Assembly: GCA_011391745.1 (NCBI GenBank)
Contig: JAABPX010000001.1
Span: 2,275 to 66,274 of the forward strand
From: Comamonadaceae bacterium
GTDB taxonomy: Bacteria; Pseudomonadota; Gammaproteobacteria; Burkholderiales; Burkholderiaceae_C
Direction: 5' to 3'
Length of the DNA stretch: 64,000 nt
A program made the position numbers and the translations under genes. The notes under the pieces were generated by a model. The model worked only from the letters and a program-made list of their open reading frames with translations. It ran no database searches and was not told the DNA's origin. Shown piece after piece: positions 62,843 through 64,000 of this stretch (within the stretch, counting starts at the first letter, position 1; each line of letters starts with the position of its first letter).

Positions 62843-63945
62843 CAAGCCACTCCAGCCGCTGGCCCGAACACGCGCAGGCGCTGCGCGGGCAAATCGATCG
62901 ACAAGGGCTGTTCTCTGTTCAAACCCATGCGCAGGGCTTGAGAGGTCAAGACATCGGCCACCAAGGTCTGTCCGTTGTGCGGGATGTGCATGCTCACGCG
63001 ACAAAATGCGCCCAAAAATTCCATGTCCTGAACCTGCGCCGCACAACGGTTATCGCCGCCCAGACTGGGTTGCGCCGAATCGTGCAACACAATGTCTTCT
63101 GGTCGAAGTGACAACGTCACCGTCCCGCCCAAAGGGGTCGTTGGCGTTTGGTCACACGACAACTCCAGACCGTGCCAATTGAAGCGTCCGGGGGCCACCC
63201 ATTGCGCTTGCAGGGGGTTGGTCTTGCCCACGAAGTCGGCCACAAACGCGCTTGTGGGTTGCTGATAAATGGCTTGAGGCGTACCCACCTGCTCAATACC
63301 ACCTTGGTTCATGACCACGATGCGGTCGGCCAAACTCAAGGCCTCTTCTTGGTCGTGCGTGACCATGATGGTGGTCACACCGAGCCGCTGGTGCAGTTGT
63401 CGCAACTCGGTGCGCAAATGCGCACGCACCCTGGCATCCAAGGCGCTCAGGGGTTCATCGAGCAACAACAAGCCCGGCGATGTGGCCAAAGCCCGGGCCA
63501 GCGCAACGCGCTGTTGCATACCGCCAGACAACTGGGCCGGATACTGGTGAGCGGATGCGGACAAACCCACCAATTCCAGCAATTCATCCACACGGGCTTG
63601 GCGGTTGTCACGGGTCCAAGCCTTGCCTTGTAAGCCATACCCCACGTTGTGCCGAACCGTTAAATTGGGGAACAAGGCATACGACTGAAACACAATGCCA
63701 AAGTCGCGCTGCGAAGGCGGCAAACCAGTGATGTCGCGCCCTTTTTGAATAATCGTCCCGCCGTCTTGCCGCTCCAAGCCTGCAATGATGCGCAGCAAAG
63801 TAGTTTTGCCGCAACCCGAGGGCCCCAAGAAACACACAAACTCACCGGGCTCAATGCTGAGCGATACATCGCGCAGCGCCCAAAAATCACCGAAACGTTT
63901 GTTGATGTGACGAACGTCCAAATACGCAGTGGCCGACAGATTCAC
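62842..63945 (-). CDS. Putative 2-aminoethylphosphonate ABC transporter ATPase (PhnT-like)
   Basis: GPSGCGKTT, VFQSYALFPN, LSGGMQQRVALAR, LDEPLSALD, HDQEEA; GTG start. Confidence 0.9.
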   Translation of the reverse strand: MNLSATAYLDVRHINKRFGDFWALRDVSLSIEPGEFVCFLGPSGCGKTTLLRIIAGLERQDGGTIIQKGRDITGLPPSQRDFGIVFQSYALFPNLTVRHNVGYGLQGKAWTRDNRQARVDELLELVGLSASAHQYPAQLSGGMQQRVALARALATSPGLLLLDEPLSALDARVRAHLRTELRQLHQRLGVTTIMVTHDQEEALSLADRIVVMNQGGIEQVGTPQAIYQQPTSAFVADFVGKTNPLQAQWVAPGRFNWHGLELSCDQTPTTPLGGTVTLSLRPEDIVLHDSAQPSLGGDNRCAAQVQDMEFLGAFCRVSMHIPHNGQTLVADVLTSQALRMGLNREQPLSIDLPAQRLRVFGPAAGVA

Positions 63946-63961
63946 GGTGCTATTCCCATAC

Positions 63962-63995
63962 AAAAAAAGGGGCGGCGCGAAGCGCCGCCTCCCCA
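63962..63995 (-). terminator. Intrinsic terminator-like hairpin upstream of the phn ATPase (after a gene ending at the window edge)
   Basis: GGCGGCGC-TTC-GCGCCGCC-CC-TTTTTTT, immediately after a TGA at 63996-63998. Confidence 0.7.
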
Positions 63996-64000
63996 TCACT

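Overview
A 64 kb GC-rich core-chromosome segment from a Burkholderiales (Comamonadaceae-like) bacterium. I found no IS, prophage, CRISPR array, rRNA or tRNA. The left 38 kb is housekeeping: aat-bpt, iclR, pbpG, ilvIHC-pssA-leuA (with a leucine attenuator), RDD/LOG, glnB-nadE, ppa, moaA-mobA, an RND pump, rnhA-yafS-gloB-mltD, dnaX-ybaB-recR (dnaX carries an A9 slippery run), SRP RNA, addAB, trxA-rho and rpmE2. The right 25 kb (38.6-64 kb) is one continuous phosphate-starvation island: pstSCAB-phoUBR, ppx, an RHH/H1-like protein, sixA-ppk1, a phospholipid-replacement cassette (plcP, olsB-like, GT4/agt-like, ugd) and an aminoethylphosphonate uptake/catabolism operon (ABC transporter, phnX, FAD oxidoreductase, Nudix, EamA). 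Between the last two sits an uncharacterised three-gene module: a DUF962/Mpo1-like membrane protein, a stand-alone AMT-like class III aminotransferase and a divergent Psd-like pyruvoyl decarboxylase. Each of the three genes has its own Pho-box-like promoter. This module is the best candidate for an undescribed system, most likely PhoB-controlled synthesis or remodelling of a phosphorus-free amino-lipid. All family assignments come from motif recognition by eye; no database search was run.
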